From positions 77,252,001 to 77,316,000 of the forward strand of contig OZ260662.1 of the NCBI GenBank assembly GCA_965285935.1: DNA of 64,000 nucleotides. Direction: 5' to 3'. A program made the translations under genes and the position numbers. The notes below the pieces were generated by a model. The model was not told where the DNA came from. It saw nothing but the letters and a program-made list of their open reading frames with translations, and did no database searches. Below are positions 38,001 through 53,740 of the stretch, piece by piece. Position 1 is the first letter of the stretch, and each line of letters begins with the position of its first letter. This DNA comes from Ophelia neglecta. Taxonomy: Eukaryota.

Positions 38001-41000
38001 GCTGATCTGTACATAGTAATGCAGCCATCTTTTCTGCTTTGTTCAATTCGTTTGCATTTTTGACAACTTTTCGGTAGAAACCCAGATACCCCACTGAAAG
38101 AAAGTATCGAGAGCCAAATTTGGAATACTAATTCCTGTCAAGGCACAGTGGGCTAGATCAAGTTACTTTGATATTTAAGGCATCTTGTAGCAAAGACAGT
38201 AACAAGAATGAAGAATCTCTCTTTTTTTTATTAAACTTTGCAAGCAATGATCACAGGTTTGATACTGTACTTGCTCTGAGGTTACAATCTTTTTAATCTA
38301 GGTACTGCCCAATATATCACATTGTTTGAGTATCAATAGATCAGAGGAAGCTATGCCGAATGTTGAACTTTTTTCCTGCTTCAGGATAGTAGTTGATTTC
38401 CAAAGTTTGAATTTGTCATGCAGGAGTGCTAGCAATACACCATGGCAGTATCTAAATACACTTCCTGCACAGTGAAGTGGCAGGTCAAGAGAGATTACTA
38501 AAAATCTCTAAAAGATTGCTTTGTTTAAACTCTAGTTGGTGCATTTCACAATTCAAATTCTTCAATTTGAATTTTTTTCATATCTCAAGTGCTTTAAAGT
38601 GAGTTAATGCTGAGGCTGTTTGTATCTGCTCTGTCATACAGACACGAAAAGTAGATAAGACAAGGCGATAAGGCAGTAGACAGCTCACAGGCACAGTCAA
38701 ATACCGGTCTGATAGGGGAACATTGTAGTCAACAAGCATCAAAACAGCCACTTCCACACCTAACTAGTGATTATTGACAATTATCACATCTAGGCACAAA
38801 CCACAAAACTTCTCCACCCATTTTGAACCTTTACTAAAGAACATCTATATATTTACAGCTTAGTGTGACACATATAATGACTACTGTGTGGTAAATTTGC
38901 ACAAAGGGGGCAACATTTTCATGACTCCGTGAACCCTTCGTCAGCAGTCCCTACAACTTTATTTGTCCCAGAGGAATTCATCCTATAAAACACAGTCGTC
39001 CCTCATGGTGTGTACCACACCCACCCCTCTAACTAACCACACTAAAATCAAGTGCTAGATTTTTTATTTGAAAATATATTAGAAGAAGACTTTTCTAATG
39101 AAACCTGTTATTTTTTTCAGTACATTCATAATATAAGAAAAAGTAAATCATTTTAAATCCTAATAATTAACATCAACAGTCACTTCAAATCCTAAATTTT
39201 AAAATGTTGATTGAAAGAGAAGCTGACTCATACGGTAAAAATGTATAGCTTAGGAAATGTATACAGGGGTACATGTTTATGCATCAACAATCTATCTATA
39301 TTCATGAATGTTTATTAGTAAGGGTGGCTTGGGCCGTTTTTTTTTTAACTGAACTGTTTGCTTTGGGATGCACTGGCATTTGTGTCACTAATTTTTGTTA
39401 AAATAATAAAGATTTTTGTACATATGCATGTTCTTTCAGAGTATCTATTGAACAGTATCAGTGTAAGAAGCTTTGAAGATGGCAAGATTATTATCACAAA
39501 TAAGATGAGGGTCATGTTTCACTACTAAGTGCAGACTGTGAACACCGACCTTGGGCTGTATACTACTTGTGTTAACAATTAAACCCCAAAAATTGACTGA
39601 TTCAAGTCCTGAGTCAATACTATTATATGTATCTTGTTGAAATTTTCCCAGTATCAGCCCATACTCACAAGGTATCATATTATTATCAAATAGGCATGTA
39701 ATTGAATTAAAAAACTGAGTGACCAGGCATTTCTTTGAGTTGGTCTATGATACATATCTCACAGTTTTTAAATAAATCGGCTGGCTTCAAGGTAATTGTA
39801 TCTTCTCAGCATGAAATGGCATGGAAAGTACTTTCTCCAGGGTGAACAATTCAGTTTAGACACATTCACAATTGCCTTCTCTCACATGATACTTTTCATC
39901 CAACAAAAACATTAATATATATCACTCCTTATTTTCTTTCCCTGACCTCTATGTTTCATGGATGACCCCTTGAAACCTGCAAACTTTGAAGAAAGCCTCT
40001 TTAACCACCAATGAATAAGTAGCTATCATATTGCAATTACTGATAAGTAAATTATAGCCGTGACAAGTTTCTCCTCCCATTTGGAGACAAAAACTACCCA
40101 GTATGGAGTAAAAAAAATGTACTACGTCAGAATAATTTCAATGATATGAGAAAGAATTCACCAATGTACACTACGAAATTGGAAACCTGATAAGTATAAA
40201 ATAAATTTACTCTGTATGAACAAGTATACAAATTATAATAACTGGTTGTGACATGTTATAATTAAATCAAGCTTGATTGAAGCATGGCCTGGTGAATGCG
40301 CTTCTCATTGATGGTTCTTATTTTACCTCTCTCCAGCTGAGAACCTATGTCAATTATTGTCAGACTTTACCTGCCACATGCAAACAATTCATTGGTTCCC
40401 TTTCTGATGCAATACATTATTATAAACTGCAAGTCCTGCTTTCAGAAACTAAACATCTGCAGGTGAAATGCAGATTTTCTGTTAAAAACCAAAGGATTCA
40501 TACAGAAACACATAAAAGCATCAACCCAGCTACCTGATACAGAATTGACCATGGCTTTTAGATGACATTGGTGTTCAGTAGATCTAGACATTTTATCACT
40601 GGATATCCCAGACTACTGTAACCTCAATATACCTTTACATTTAGTATGCATATCAAATTGCAAAAGTATGAACTGGAAATTTGTATAAGTATATGTTTTA
40701 GCAAGCTTCTTCAAGTGACTTGACAGTTGTCCATTTATATGCCAAACATAATTAAACTTTTGAAATCCAATGGTTAGTTAAATGCAGGGACTCCAAGCAA
40801 AGGTAGGGTGACCAAAGACTTGGTAGAACTCAGAAGAAAAGTAAGTTGAAAAGGTCAGCAAATTCTATGAATTTGAATGTGTTGAGATGATCTGGTCAAC
40901 TGACTGGGTATTAGTTAACCTGGACTGACAGGTCAAACCAACATGAAATCATACATTCTCCTGGACAGAAATATCTTACCTTTCAAACACTGTCAAACTG

Positions 41001-41847
41001 ACAGACAGACCACCGTAAATTAATAGGAAACCCCCTGTCACAGTGACAGTCTCAATAAGACTCTTGTCAGTAGATATACATTCTAAACATATGACTGCAA
41101 CATTTCTATCCCAACACGGTCAAAATTTGAATGGAATTGAAAATGGTACACTAAAAAATCTCTGCAATTTATTAGACAAATAAAAATAGTTTCTTAAAGT
41201 AATCAGTTTGTAATGATTTGCTATTATATTAGAAATTAACAAAATTGAAGACTTACTTGCAATTTTATGTAGAAACTGAAGATCAATATTTCACCATGAC
41301 TGTGTAATTGAACCCCACTATTTCACTGATGTGGTTTGTTATACTGTTTGCAAACACAACAGCCTGCCCAGGTACAAGCCAACACAGCAAAACATGCAGA
41401 GAAACTCAGAAAATCAAAAAAATGAAGAGTAAGGTATGTAATAATTACATGTGGCAGTAATTGTCGCCTTCCACTGCCGGTAGTCCAATGCCTTAGAGGG
41501 CTGTGAGTAAACTGTACATGTACACTGAGAACACCGTCAAGATGACACCTACCAGTCTCCTACACAAGTCACCACTGTTATCTGTTAATGACAGATGCTC
41601 CTGGCTACGAGAGGCTAGGTAACTGTACCGCTATCCTACTCTCACCTCAACCACCTGGTCACGACAACCAAAACTTGTCAGCAATATTTACCTGACACAT
41701 AAAAAAATGATCTGACAAATAAAGTCACCAAACTACTCCTGTACATTTACGAGCTACTGATGTCTTCACCTCAGCATCTGGGCTTAACACCTAATGTTGG
41801 CATACCCAGGTAGTTTTGAAAAGTAGCAAAGCATTGGTGATTGGGTT

Positions 41848-41868
41848 GGGGGGGGGGGGGGGGGGGGG
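41848..41868. repeat. G21 homopolymer
   Basis: Read directly from the sequence. Confidence 0.9.
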
Positions 41869-44800
41869 AGCATTCTGAAAAGACTATCAATACTTTAGTT
41901 TGATATTCAAGGTAACTTTCATCTGGTAATGTTTTATCTTTTTGTAATTCTCTGTTTAAAGAATGAATTGATTATTTGATCTTCCATTTACAAATCAATG
42001 AGAACATTTCACAGGTAAAGGGTACTCACTTTATCAAACTATCTGTGGAATGACCCCCTAGATATCACATGCCTCTCAATAAGCAAACTGATAGGTATCT
42101 CTTTAAAAGATGTCACACAAAAATGAACAAGTATGACTGAGCACAGTTCCATCAAAACAAAGAAACAAGTGTCTTTGATAAATGTATTGGGCAACCAATT
42201 ACTATGTCACTGCAACATGTAGACAAAACAACCTGGTGTCTATGCTAACCATAACAGAAGCCCTTCAGATCTGATAGGCCTTCATCAACATTACTGTTTT
42301 GACAAAAGGAAGGTACTTGCCACTTTTTTCTGATACCTGAGTTATTTCATCATCAGAGTTAGTTTGGATTCCACCATATTTCTAGTTCAGGACTTTAATG
42401 ATATTTTAATTGTTAATCTGATTCATGTATTCTACCACCCACTTAAGCATGTCATTGACATTTCAATTTTGCAATAAAAAGTTGTCTAAAAGCCATCAAG
42501 AGCAGTTAAAAGTTCTAATAAGGATATCCACCCAGTTGGTGTAATACAATGACCTTTAACAATGACACAGGACTGGCAAACTGTGGTTGTTTCACACCAA
42601 TAATTTTGAAGACAGAAAAGGGCGGTAAATGAACCACTTTGGTATATGACCAAAAACATCGTATCATGCTGGTACCTTTTTTGAAAAGACTTATTTTAGT
42701 TGACTTTTAACGGCCAGGGTCAACAAAACCTGGCAGGTGATCAAGTATCTGGTCTTTTATTCTATTCAAATTACATTAAATTCGCATATGTTTAAGGTAT
42801 AGCCTAAAAGGGTACATTTGTAGACACAATAGGTGTAGTATAACATTTGAAATTTATGACCAGCATCAGTATTTAAATCATTCCCTGTTATTGAAAAGGC
42901 CTCACATCAACCTGGTAGAAAATTGGGCTGACATGACCCCACTAGCTGCCCCTACAGGGGGACATGTGTCTCAGGTAAGATAGGACAAAATTGGCATCAT
43001 CTTGGAAAATAAAAAATTCTCTTTATGGGGGCCTGAGGGCAAATAATAACCCTCAATGTGAGGTCTCCACTGCTCATCAGGTCCTAGTTTCCCTAAAACT
43101 GCCTGCTAATAAATGTGATAACATGTCACATATAGGGATAAGTTTTATGAAAAGTCATGTGGATAAATTATTGTCAACAAGGCCTTTAGAAATGCAACAC
43201 CCCCACCAAATATAAAGGATAGTTAAACATGTCGGTTGCACTCCTGGCAAAGTCGAAGCAAGAGTGGGTCCCAGAACCCCCTCCCCCCCTCGCCTTCTCC
43301 CCAAATATTTTATTTGCTTAAAACATTGGAAATCACATGAAATGTTGAAAAAAGCAAAAAATAAAATTATGTCATTTTATTGCCTTTCACATTTTTTATT
43401 TGGCATTGCTATGGCAAATTATTATATTCAGATGTCCACCAAGAGTTAATCAGTTTATGTTTAGCCTATAACACTTCCTCTTTGTCAATATACATGTCCG
43501 CAGCTCCGATACCTTTAGTGCGATCTTGTTAACATGCTATTGTCATCATTTTGCTGAGTAGGAAGTAGTATAGATTCTAGGGTAGCACAACCTCAACCTT
43601 GAACAAATTTCCTGGGCCTATATGCTAAACCTGTGGGATTAAGTTACTGTGAGCCTAATGGTAGCCGAGCTATAGCTAAAACAAAGGGGCAGGGCAAGCA
43701 GCAGGATAAATAGCCCAATAAATATGCTCCCATTTTTTTTTCAAAAAAAGGGTGGGGGGCAATGATTTGTATAAATATTAAAGAGCATCTTGCTATCAAA
43801 TCAGCTGTCAGTTCCCAGCTGATTGAGGGGATCCTCAACTTTGGTGATAAACATACCATTCTTTCAGCAAATGGGTGTAGCTCAAAGGTCCTTTATAAAA
43901 TTACAATATATCAGTGGACAAAGTGGTAGCAACCAAGCGTGATTCTATTGTTCAAAATGATTCAATGGCAAGGGAAGTAATAAAAATAATGTATTTCTAT
44001 AACTGTAGAATGAAATTAAACAAGTAGTCCCATATTCAGTTATCAATAGTAATTGGTTTTAATTGTGTTTTTTTTTTTTTGCAGTAAGAAAGAAATAACT
44101 CACTAAGAGGGCAATGCTGCATGACATTTTCTTTGATGCACTCCAGCGTTGAGTAGCCCCACCGTTTGTCAAAGGCTTCTTTGCTGCCATCAAGTCTCAG
44201 CCTTGGCTGGTCCTTTACCTTTGAAGCTTCATCTGCTGCCTGGAGGACAATTTCATGACTACTTACTCCAAAGGAGAAGAAATGGTAACCACATACACTA
44301 CTACACCTGGATGTATCTTGATGTAGAAATTAACAAACTTTATACTACTTTTCACTTGGTTCCGGACCACGAAAAGAAGTATAAGGAATTTGATTTTTGT
44401 CTTATGAAGCAATGAAGCAAACTGCCATGACTAATGGTTGAACATAAACATATGACTGAACCTACCTTTTCCGTTCTGTAATGACTAAGTCTTTGTTTGT
44501 TTTGTGTAATAACACAGAAATGAGGTTCCCAGATGGGCAGAGGAACTCTGCCTTCCAGCAGCAGGTTGGCTTCCACATGGCTGTCAACCTCTGAAGATAG
44601 ACAAGAAAATCTATATTACATATCACATAAAAAAAATGGAAAAACCTGAAAATGTTTGGAGACAGTGTCATACATTTAAGTAAATCAGCATAAACTAAGT
44701 TTCATTGAAAGGAATAAAAACCAGTTGTAAGTATATGTAGTTGTAAGGATATATAGTTACAATAATAAAACTGGTTCAAACTTTCATGTGCAACAGACAA

Positions 44801-47800
44801 AAAAGGTCTTGTTGTTGTGCAAGTTGTGCATTCCTTTCCTTGTAAATTCAAGGCTGCTTTACAACTTTTCATTTTGTTTAATTTTTTTTCCATATTTCAA
44901 AAACTTTATGGAAATTCAAGGGCATGGAAGGATGCCATATATATGTATGTCACCTATATACAAAATGAGCAACCGCCCTGGCCTTTTAGCCACACACAAT
45001 TTCCTATGCCCATGGGCTTATCTCACTCCCAAGCAGCCACATCTAGGTGCTTTGGGGAGCTTTACAACACCAGGTGGCAGGGGGGCTACCACCTTTCCAA
45101 AGGAAAACGGGGTCTGGGCCTTAAAATCCAACACAGGTTTCTTGCGTGTAAGTCTGAAGTGTTGTCTTTGTCATGCCTCCCCCAAGGACCACGCCACAAC
45201 CTATGGATTTAGACACTGACATTAAATTAGTTCCCTCCGATTAGATTTGTGTATTTTACTGTTATTGAAGTTCAGGAAAGCATATTTGTCAAAGAAATGT
45301 TAGTGAATTTATTTTTACCTATATAATATGTTCATCTCAGAATTCCAAAAACATAATCCTATATAAAGGTAAAATTACCAAACACACCTTGGTACATTTG
45401 CTCTGTCAATATATTCTTATTTTAAAAGGATGGGTTCTGTATATAAAAAAAACAGTATATTTGTGAAGGGTTTTGTAGCATTGCTTATCATAGAGAAAAA
45501 TCATTGGCACATGCCCCAAGACACCCAACAAACCAAAAGCAGTTAAGCCAAGGAATAAAATCAGTTGCTGATTTTATGACCAGACATATTAAATATGTTT
45601 GGGTAGTAGCATTCAGTTTAAATAGTGTAAAAAGGACACGCAACACCCACATCAAATTGTTTTTAAACATTTCTGGCACCCCTAAAATGTCGTCCCTAAT
45701 AAGAATCAAACTAAGGAACAATTTTAATGGACTAGGCTGCCGTATACTACTTAAAACAGTAACTGGTTAAGTGATAAAAATACTGCTTACATACAGCTAT
45801 GCCAGTGACACCAATCCTTAATTAAACTATCACCAATTAAGTGCATTGCCTTTTTCTTTTTCAATAGGTGGCTTAATTTCAAAATTATTAGTGATTTGAA
45901 AATAAACTCATTTGGAAAGATAGTTTAGTGAAATAAAAAGTAAAGTTGGAGAAAAAGGCAAAAGGCAAAAAATATGTGGGCATGTTTTGCCATACGATTT
46001 ACGTAAATGCCTTTCAATGCCAACGGTGCCTTTGAGAGCACAATAGGGCACATCTCTTGTGTATATATGATTTATCAGACAATAAATACAATACAAAATC
46101 AATCAACTTAATATTTGTTCCCACTAATCATTATTTCTAATTTGAAAATAAGTACTGTCCATTCTTCAAAATATAAAAATATGTTATTTACTCTAACAAG
46201 TTGCTTATAAGAGTACCTATATTATCAAAGTGTTAACGTTTAAATTAGAAAATAACTCATAAACCAACAATCTTGAGCTATTGAACGTTTCTGCTAATAA
46301 TAAGGCAACCACTTAGTGACCACTTAACTATCCATATACACTGAAATTTTAGCTCCCCTTTCCTTTTTATACTTCTCGAAACAGTTAATTCATACACTCA
46401 TGAGCCATTTAAATAAAAACTCATGTTTATTTCTTCATACACAATGTAACAAAGTCTAGAAGCAACACACAATCAGTTTTTCCCAATTAAACTACTCTAC
46501 CTGAGTCACCTGTACCAGGCAGCCATGGTTCTACCCATACAGGTCTGGTTCCTAGATTATTCCATGGTCTATCATACAATTTTCATGAGCAGGGACCATA
46601 AAATTGCAGCACACATGGCACACTAGTTTTTACTCACCAGAGATTGCATTCCTACATGTCTAGCTACAGATCAATAACATTCACCACTTGTCTCATTTAT
46701 TGTATTGTAGTGTGGGTAAAGGATAGTCATCAAATCAGAGGTCCAATTTGTGTAGTACCAAAGAGGACATAAACCTCAGAAAGAGTAGATCAGATATCAA
46801 AAAACATTCCAAAGTAATGATAAACATCTGACCAATTGTGTCATGTGCACATCATTTTCAAGACATTTTGTCTATTGCTGATGCTTTTATAAGATTAATT
46901 ACTTTTAATAATCCATACATGAAGACAAGTGGAGATGACAAAAATGCTGCAACCTCATAGAGCCATTCAGATGTTGAATGCTTACACAGTTGTCCAATAC
47001 ATTATCATCATATCCCTAATGTGATGCACTGAAGCAAAAATCCACATCATATGGTATAATTAGACAATTAAATGTATAATCACTCATCATATAGACACTG
47101 ATATGAGTCATTTATTAAGACATGTCACTAATACATTAACACTTTGTGTGACAGCTATACATGACATATACTTTTCAGCTCTGGTGTGACCATAGCCAGC
47201 ACCTAAAGAGTAAGGAGGCAATGTTTTTATTAGCACATATTTACAAGTTGGTATGCATGAAATGAAATGTAAACTTTTAAGTTCAAGAACAAACACATTA
47301 AAACTCATCAGCTAATATGATTGACTTCTTGAGGAAAACTCTTGCTGTTTTTCTAAATGGGTACCCACATACCACACATTCAGCAACATTGATGCCTCGT
47401 ATAGTGCCACCAGTATGCAATTTTCTTAAAACTAGCTGTGTTTAATTGAGTTTTGTTGCTGTTATAATGTAAGATACATTATAATATTCTCATCCATCAA
47501 AGTTAACATTTCCGTCATTGCCTCTATCTAATATGATGAGAGAGAAGGTAAGGAAGATGGATGACCATAATTAATGGTGAAAAGCTGGTGATGATAGAAC
47601 AATAGGAGTGTTGAATATTTAATTACAACTGGGAGGGTGTACTCCATCCTATTTATGAACATGTAGTAACTTGGCTGCAGATAAGCCAGCATCACTTACA
47701 ACATTAACATTGACAAGCAGAATGGATAGTAAAATTCAGGTAATCACCCACTGATAAAAGAGTACATTTACTCCCCCCACCCCACTCCCCACCCCCCAAC

Positions 47801-50800
47801 CCACACCAAGTACTATCCTACATATACCTACACATGCCCAGTACTAGGATACTGCCCCTCCCCCTAACTAGTTTTGACACCCCTGGGCCCATTGCTCTCT
47901 GTCAGCTGTGTCTGGTGACAGGCTGGCAGCTGGTACTGCCAATACACCCCAGATAATGACATCATTTGACCAGTGACACAGTTGCTTTTTAATCAATAGA
48001 CCCATAAACTGTATGCCCTTTCACCGATACTTCTATAGACAATATTTTATATATGACTATAACTGAAGCATATTAAAACAAGCAGGCACTCATTATTCAA
48101 TAACTTCTATTATAGAAACCCCAACAGATCTAGTTTTAACTCAGTGGTAATACAGATTTGATAAATGTCTGCCTCTACATATACCCATGTACCAATCTTG
48201 CCTTTGACACATTAAACAGATGCTTTCATCACAGTGCAAGTTCTTTGCAAATACTCAACAATATCATTATGGATAACACAAATGTTAAATCACTATGAAA
48301 GATTAATGATAGGAAAGCTATACCATACTAAATACATGTAATCCTATCTTATTGCTCGAAATGCAAATACAACAAATTGCACAATTTATACTCTGCATAA
48401 TAAATACCAAAAGGCCTTTCATCTCACAATCATGATTAAAGCCAATTTTAACCCATTAGTTTAAATATTACCCAGGGACATCTAAATTGATACAAATCAG
48501 ACACTTAAATATAACCCAAATAATCAATGAATTTGTATTAGATATTTAACGACTGCATACAAAGTTTGAATGCTTAAATGTAGGTTATTCATATTTACAA
48601 ACCAGACTATGTGAGACTTCAATTCAGTTATCTAGTTCTAGCAGTACACAACTGATAATTAGATTACAGGATAACAATGCCATTCGTTTGTCCTAGATTT
48701 CATTTCTCCAGTTTCACCATACTACATTCATCATCATTCATCCATCAAAATCTTACTGATCTACTTCATATATATTTAACTTCATTTGTTGTATTAAATA
48801 TGTATTCCCAAATATTCCAGGGGATTTTTAACACCAGCCTGGTATTTTACACACTTTGAATTTACTTTTTAATGTTCCTGATATGGACATATTGATAAAG
48901 TACATCTTACACTGTCAAACTTTTCTTTTCCTATCACTGGATTGTAGTTCTCTCAATATTGGAAGATCTGTGAGAACAGGAAATCCTGTGCTTTCATTTT
49001 AGGTTCATCAATTCATAAGAACTGTGTTTAATTCAAAGAAAATATGTTAACAGTTCAACTTCAATTCTATGGAAGTTGGTCTGATAAACAAAGGTGTGGC
49101 AGAGAACTGTTCATGGTTGAAAGCTCCTTTCAATGTGAGAGCTCTTAAGATTTTAAATTCCCATGGCATTGACTATTATGAAACTGAAATGTCATCAAAT
49201 GAGGTATGCCGTATCAGTCAGTTTAGACTACAAATATTACCATCATAAATAGGCAAGTAAGTATACATTTATCACTCCTGAATGGGCATTGCCCCTAAAG
49301 TTGACTGAGAACTATAATGATATCAACCATAGCAAATTACTTTTTGTTACATTTCTTTTTCAGTCTTATCCTGAACATGACATTACAGAGATATATTCAG
49401 AAGGCATGTGAACATCACACCAAATGAACAAGATGGCAAGGCAATTTCTACAATTTTTTGTACCAATTGTATTTTACAATAAGTCATAAACCATTTTACA
49501 AAAGCTCAACTAGCCATAAAGCATAACAAAATAGATATAATACATATATACATACACTGTACACGTATATGCATGTACATTTGTATAAGCATGTATTAAA
49601 TGGTGATTTTCCCCTTGTATGTATCTGTCCAGCCACCTTAAGTCATTACTATACATACGAGTACATGTACATTAAGTCTTAAGGACAATATTTGGTCTGA
49701 CCACACAGTGATGGAAATCTGACCACAACCCACAGTAATTGGGAGATAGTCAGACATTGAAGAAAGCCAGTCATGCTTCAACATCACTATAATTATGTAC
49801 TTCAGGTGTAACTGAATTCACCTCTAATGAGCAAATGTTGAAACTTCTTGGAGCATAAAAAACCATTGGCATTCTTAAACAAACATGGTTAGTGGACTGT
49901 ACAGAACCCAGGCTGACCAGAAACAAGCATACTAACTATGTATAGAAATGATAATATACATGTATGTTTGAATGTCAAAATAGTTCTCTACCATGGCCAC
50001 CTACCATAAAAGAATCTTTGATAACATGCAATTTGATAACAAATGATTTTGTATCAAAGGTTTGTACATGGCGGTGTACATAACCAGATTCATGAATTGT
50101 AACACATGTTTATATCAATACATCATTCTAGATTCACACGATCTGTCATGTTATAACTACAAATAAGCCAAAAATTACCTATACAGCCCAAATAAGAAAT
50201 CAAGTGTGACTAATAATACACATACATGTATACATTGCTCAACTAGGATTCTAGAGACCAGGAGACATTCAGACCTGAATCATATTTTTTAGTTTTATAG
50301 AAAAAGGAAAACAACATGCGCATTTATGGATATATCAATTGTCATGAAAATCTTCTGACAACTGTATACAGAAATGCACAGTTTTATTACAAGGATAATA
50401 ATCTATAAGTATACCCTATATATACATGTACATACATCTGCTGGTCAGTGGCTTGCCCCAGGCAGCGTGGGACACTTCAATTTAGTAACATAATTTCCAT
50501 CCTCTGGCAATCAACACACAGCATGTCACCCCCATGTTTGGTGGAGAGCCACCTTGCCTATACACAGACAACCTGTAATTTCCCTGTCTGCAGGCATGTA
50601 CATCTTATACAGGTTAGGATGAAGCAATTTTACAAACAGGCCATAAGCATGTGGATCACCATATACAGTCTAATATTGCTTAAAGCCACTGCAGTACTGA
50701 ATCTCACAGGCACAAAATCTGTCTACAGCTCAAGGATAGTTATTAAATTGCTCCCTGTTTAATGAACAAAGATTGTTTTCTGCATTTAACAAACAAAAAC

Positions 50801-53026
50801 AGAAATTGCAAAAGCATAAGCATAGTATATGATTTGTATTTCTTGTTACACATGTATACACATCTAATCATGTTCATAGTTTTCTTCCAAATTAAAGACA
50901 ATAAATTTGATGTCAGAAATCAATTTGTTCTTCTAGACATGTAAATGAATATATACATGTACTGGGTAAATACTGGTGATAAACATTGTTCATCCATGTT
51001 TATTACCATGGGCTCTGTTTACAAACAACATTCATATATACAAATGTCTATGGTTATTCATGTATTGATTATTCACACAGGATGATAATTAATAATGTAC
51101 ATTTATGCAAGTCTGTTGTTTAGAAATGAAAATACAGCCCCATTGTATAGTACATGTACATGCCAATTCCCAAAAGGCCAAAGTTAGTAGATTCTGCCAA
51201 CACATCACAGCCATTGGAATGATATTCGAGAATATTTACAATGATATCAACAGCTTTCCTTTTATTTCTACATTCAAGGAGCTGGAAAATTCTCAATTCA
51301 GGTCTTTTCTTTATGATTGGAGTCTCAAACTCGATCAATAATTGTGCCAGTGAGCTTGGGATCAATATGGGGTGCCATGAGAGCTGAACTACTTACTTGG
51401 AAGGACCCTTGCAAAATAGTATCTAGGAAAAATATCAACAAGTTTGGCTTAAATTTCAGATCACAAGAAAACCTGAAACTGGCCACAATGTGTGTCCATA
51501 GTAGACAAAATGTTGGTTGGAATTATATTCTGCATTTTTTGGTTGAATGCATTTATACATTTGTCAGTATTTAACCTGACAATTCCAGCAAACCGTATAT
51601 TTGTACTGTACATTGTATATAGGTAGTAACGGGCAAACTTATTGGCAGGAATTTGTTTGGGTTCAGACCATTTAGCAAATTTCTATCAATGAATTTCAGC
51701 ATAAAGTTTGGCCTATTAAAATTTTCCTTCACAGACTGATGTAATCTGGTTGTTTAATTTTCACCTACCCCACTCTGTAAACTGCTGTTTGATACAATTT
51801 ATGAGTAACAAATGGGGAGATGGTGTTCAATGCTTAGCTGTGGGTCAATTTCGAGTGTGTGGCCCTTCAGCTAACACCTGGAGGCACTTATCTCTTAACT
51901 AATTGACTGTATTGGAAATGCCATTTCATGTGGGCCAGCTGCATAATGAAATAATAACTTCTCCCCCCTGATACCAATAAAGCCAGTGAACACATGTATG
52001 CATTCAGCATAAGGGAATACACAATGAACAGAGCCTGATTCCATGGTATATTGAACAGTCATGATGTCTAATCATCACTCAAAAAAACTCAATATTAAGA
52101 CTGATCTTGATGCAAGTAGGCTTTGCCTTTAACCCGCTCCTTTTGGAGATCTATATACATGTACATGTAATTGATTCATTATACCAGGCAATTCTGGCAT
52201 TAAGCTCCAGGTAAATGGTTAAAATTATGCATACTGTAAAGCTGCCAACAAACCTGATTGATTAATCTGACAAAACATGCTAAAACCTCATCATCAACAC
52301 TTCGAGAAGAATTACCATATTAATTAGTTCTGCTTATTTATTCTCACCCCAGTAAAAAGGACAGATCAGTGTAGAACTGATTTTGTTTCATCTTTAGTTG
52401 TGCAATACTACACAGGGATGTGCTAAATTAATTGTAAAAAGGTGTAGAACAACCCAAGTTCTATGATCATACATTAACTCAGGTCACTATTACTCTCAAT
52501 TAACCACCTGCTATTAGTTTTTAGAGTTATAAATCTGTATGTTCATTTGTTTTCACATGATACCAATACAAGAGCAAACACAGTCAAGCCATACTAATGT
52601 TGTGGAGCCTTAGTTCTGGTAATGTGAAGACAAAGGTTCAGCATGTCCAGATAAACAATTATCACAAGCACAAGGGGTCAGTGGCCAGACACCTCTTCTG
52701 ATCTCATTTGTCTGACACATGCCCAGAGAGACGTGTTCCTCATGGTCCTGGCTCCTGGCCTGCAGTTTGTTTTCTAAATAAATGTCTCCCTGACCACCAG
52801 CAGAAACAGTGAGGTAAGAAAACAAACAGTCTCCCTGATCTCTCAGGGCCTACATACCATAGACCACAGGTCTTCATCATAAGGCCATCACTATCACAAA
52901 TTAAACTCAGAGCATCCTCACAGCTTGGGAGGAACCTGCTAAAAAACCCAGCAGCTTAAGCAGAGACTTACAGCAATGACAGGCTGGAGTATTGTGTAGA
53001 GGTGAGGTATCTCAAAATCTTGCCAT

Positions 53027-53209
53027 TACAGCGATCCCTGCGATGTAGGGACACCTCTATATCCAAGCAAAAGTGTCCCTACATACCGTAGGTGTCCCCT
53101 CATCAGAGGGACAATAACGTAGGAAAGATATGACATGGGCATTAAAAATGTCCTGTGGTCGGAGGGAGTCCCATCAACGGAGGGTTCCTTCATCGCACGG
53201 ACCACTGTA
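53027..53209. mobile_element. MITE, Tc1/mariner superfamily (pogo/Tigger-like), TA target duplication
   Basis: Left end TAcagcgatccctgcgatg vs reverse complement of right end TAcagtggtccgtgcgatg (16/19); internal GGGACA/TGTCCC repeats; CpGs retained. Confidence 0.8.
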
Positions 53210-53479
53210 TTAAGATTAATAATTGGCAGTAAGGTACCAATGTATATGGAAATGTACCTGGCAAGTGTTATCATAGACATTTAGAATCCATGGACTATAC
53301 ATGTCTTTGTTGTTTGATTACATGTGTAGATGTAAAACAGGATGATAAGCTTATATTCAATAAGCCTAACCCTAATCAGTTGATGCCACTGATACACCAA
53401 ATCACCATACATAAAGTATCAAGCCCAAAAAAAACACAAGAAGGCCCACAGGTCATTGTACTCAAATTCTAGCTAATTC

Positions 53480-53740
53480 TAGGGCAGTATCGGTAACTAT
53501 TCTAAACTTTGTTTCGTTTTAATAATTAATAATCTTATTATTTCGCATTATATAAGTTTAGAATTTATTATATTTTAAAGTTATTTAACTTAGTTTCTGA
53601 CTTTCTGTTGAGTATTATTTTACAATATTAGTATGAGGTGTCTAATTAAGTTTCACTTTATTTCAACGTAGTTTCATTTCAATTATTTTATTCCATATTT
53701 AACCATATACTCTCAAGGATTGAAGGAAATAAAACTATAT
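53480..53740 (+). mobile_element. Probable non-LTR retrotransposon 3' UTR fragment
   Basis: Abrupt T-rich block with skew opposite to its flanks, ending tctcaaggattgaaggaAATAAAactat. Family not determined. Confidence 0.3.

Noticed and set aside
43212-43517. Possible Kolobok-like element (taaagg ... cctttag)
   Set aside because: The ends match for only a few bases and there is no TTAA duplication.
45068-45080. CTCF-like caccaggtggcag and SINE-like GC-rich surroundings
   Set aside because: Single imperfect motif; no A/B boxes or tail to support a SINE.
51120-51365. Protein-looking 81-aa minus ORF
   Set aside because: No ATG start, no flanking splice pair, no recognisable motif.
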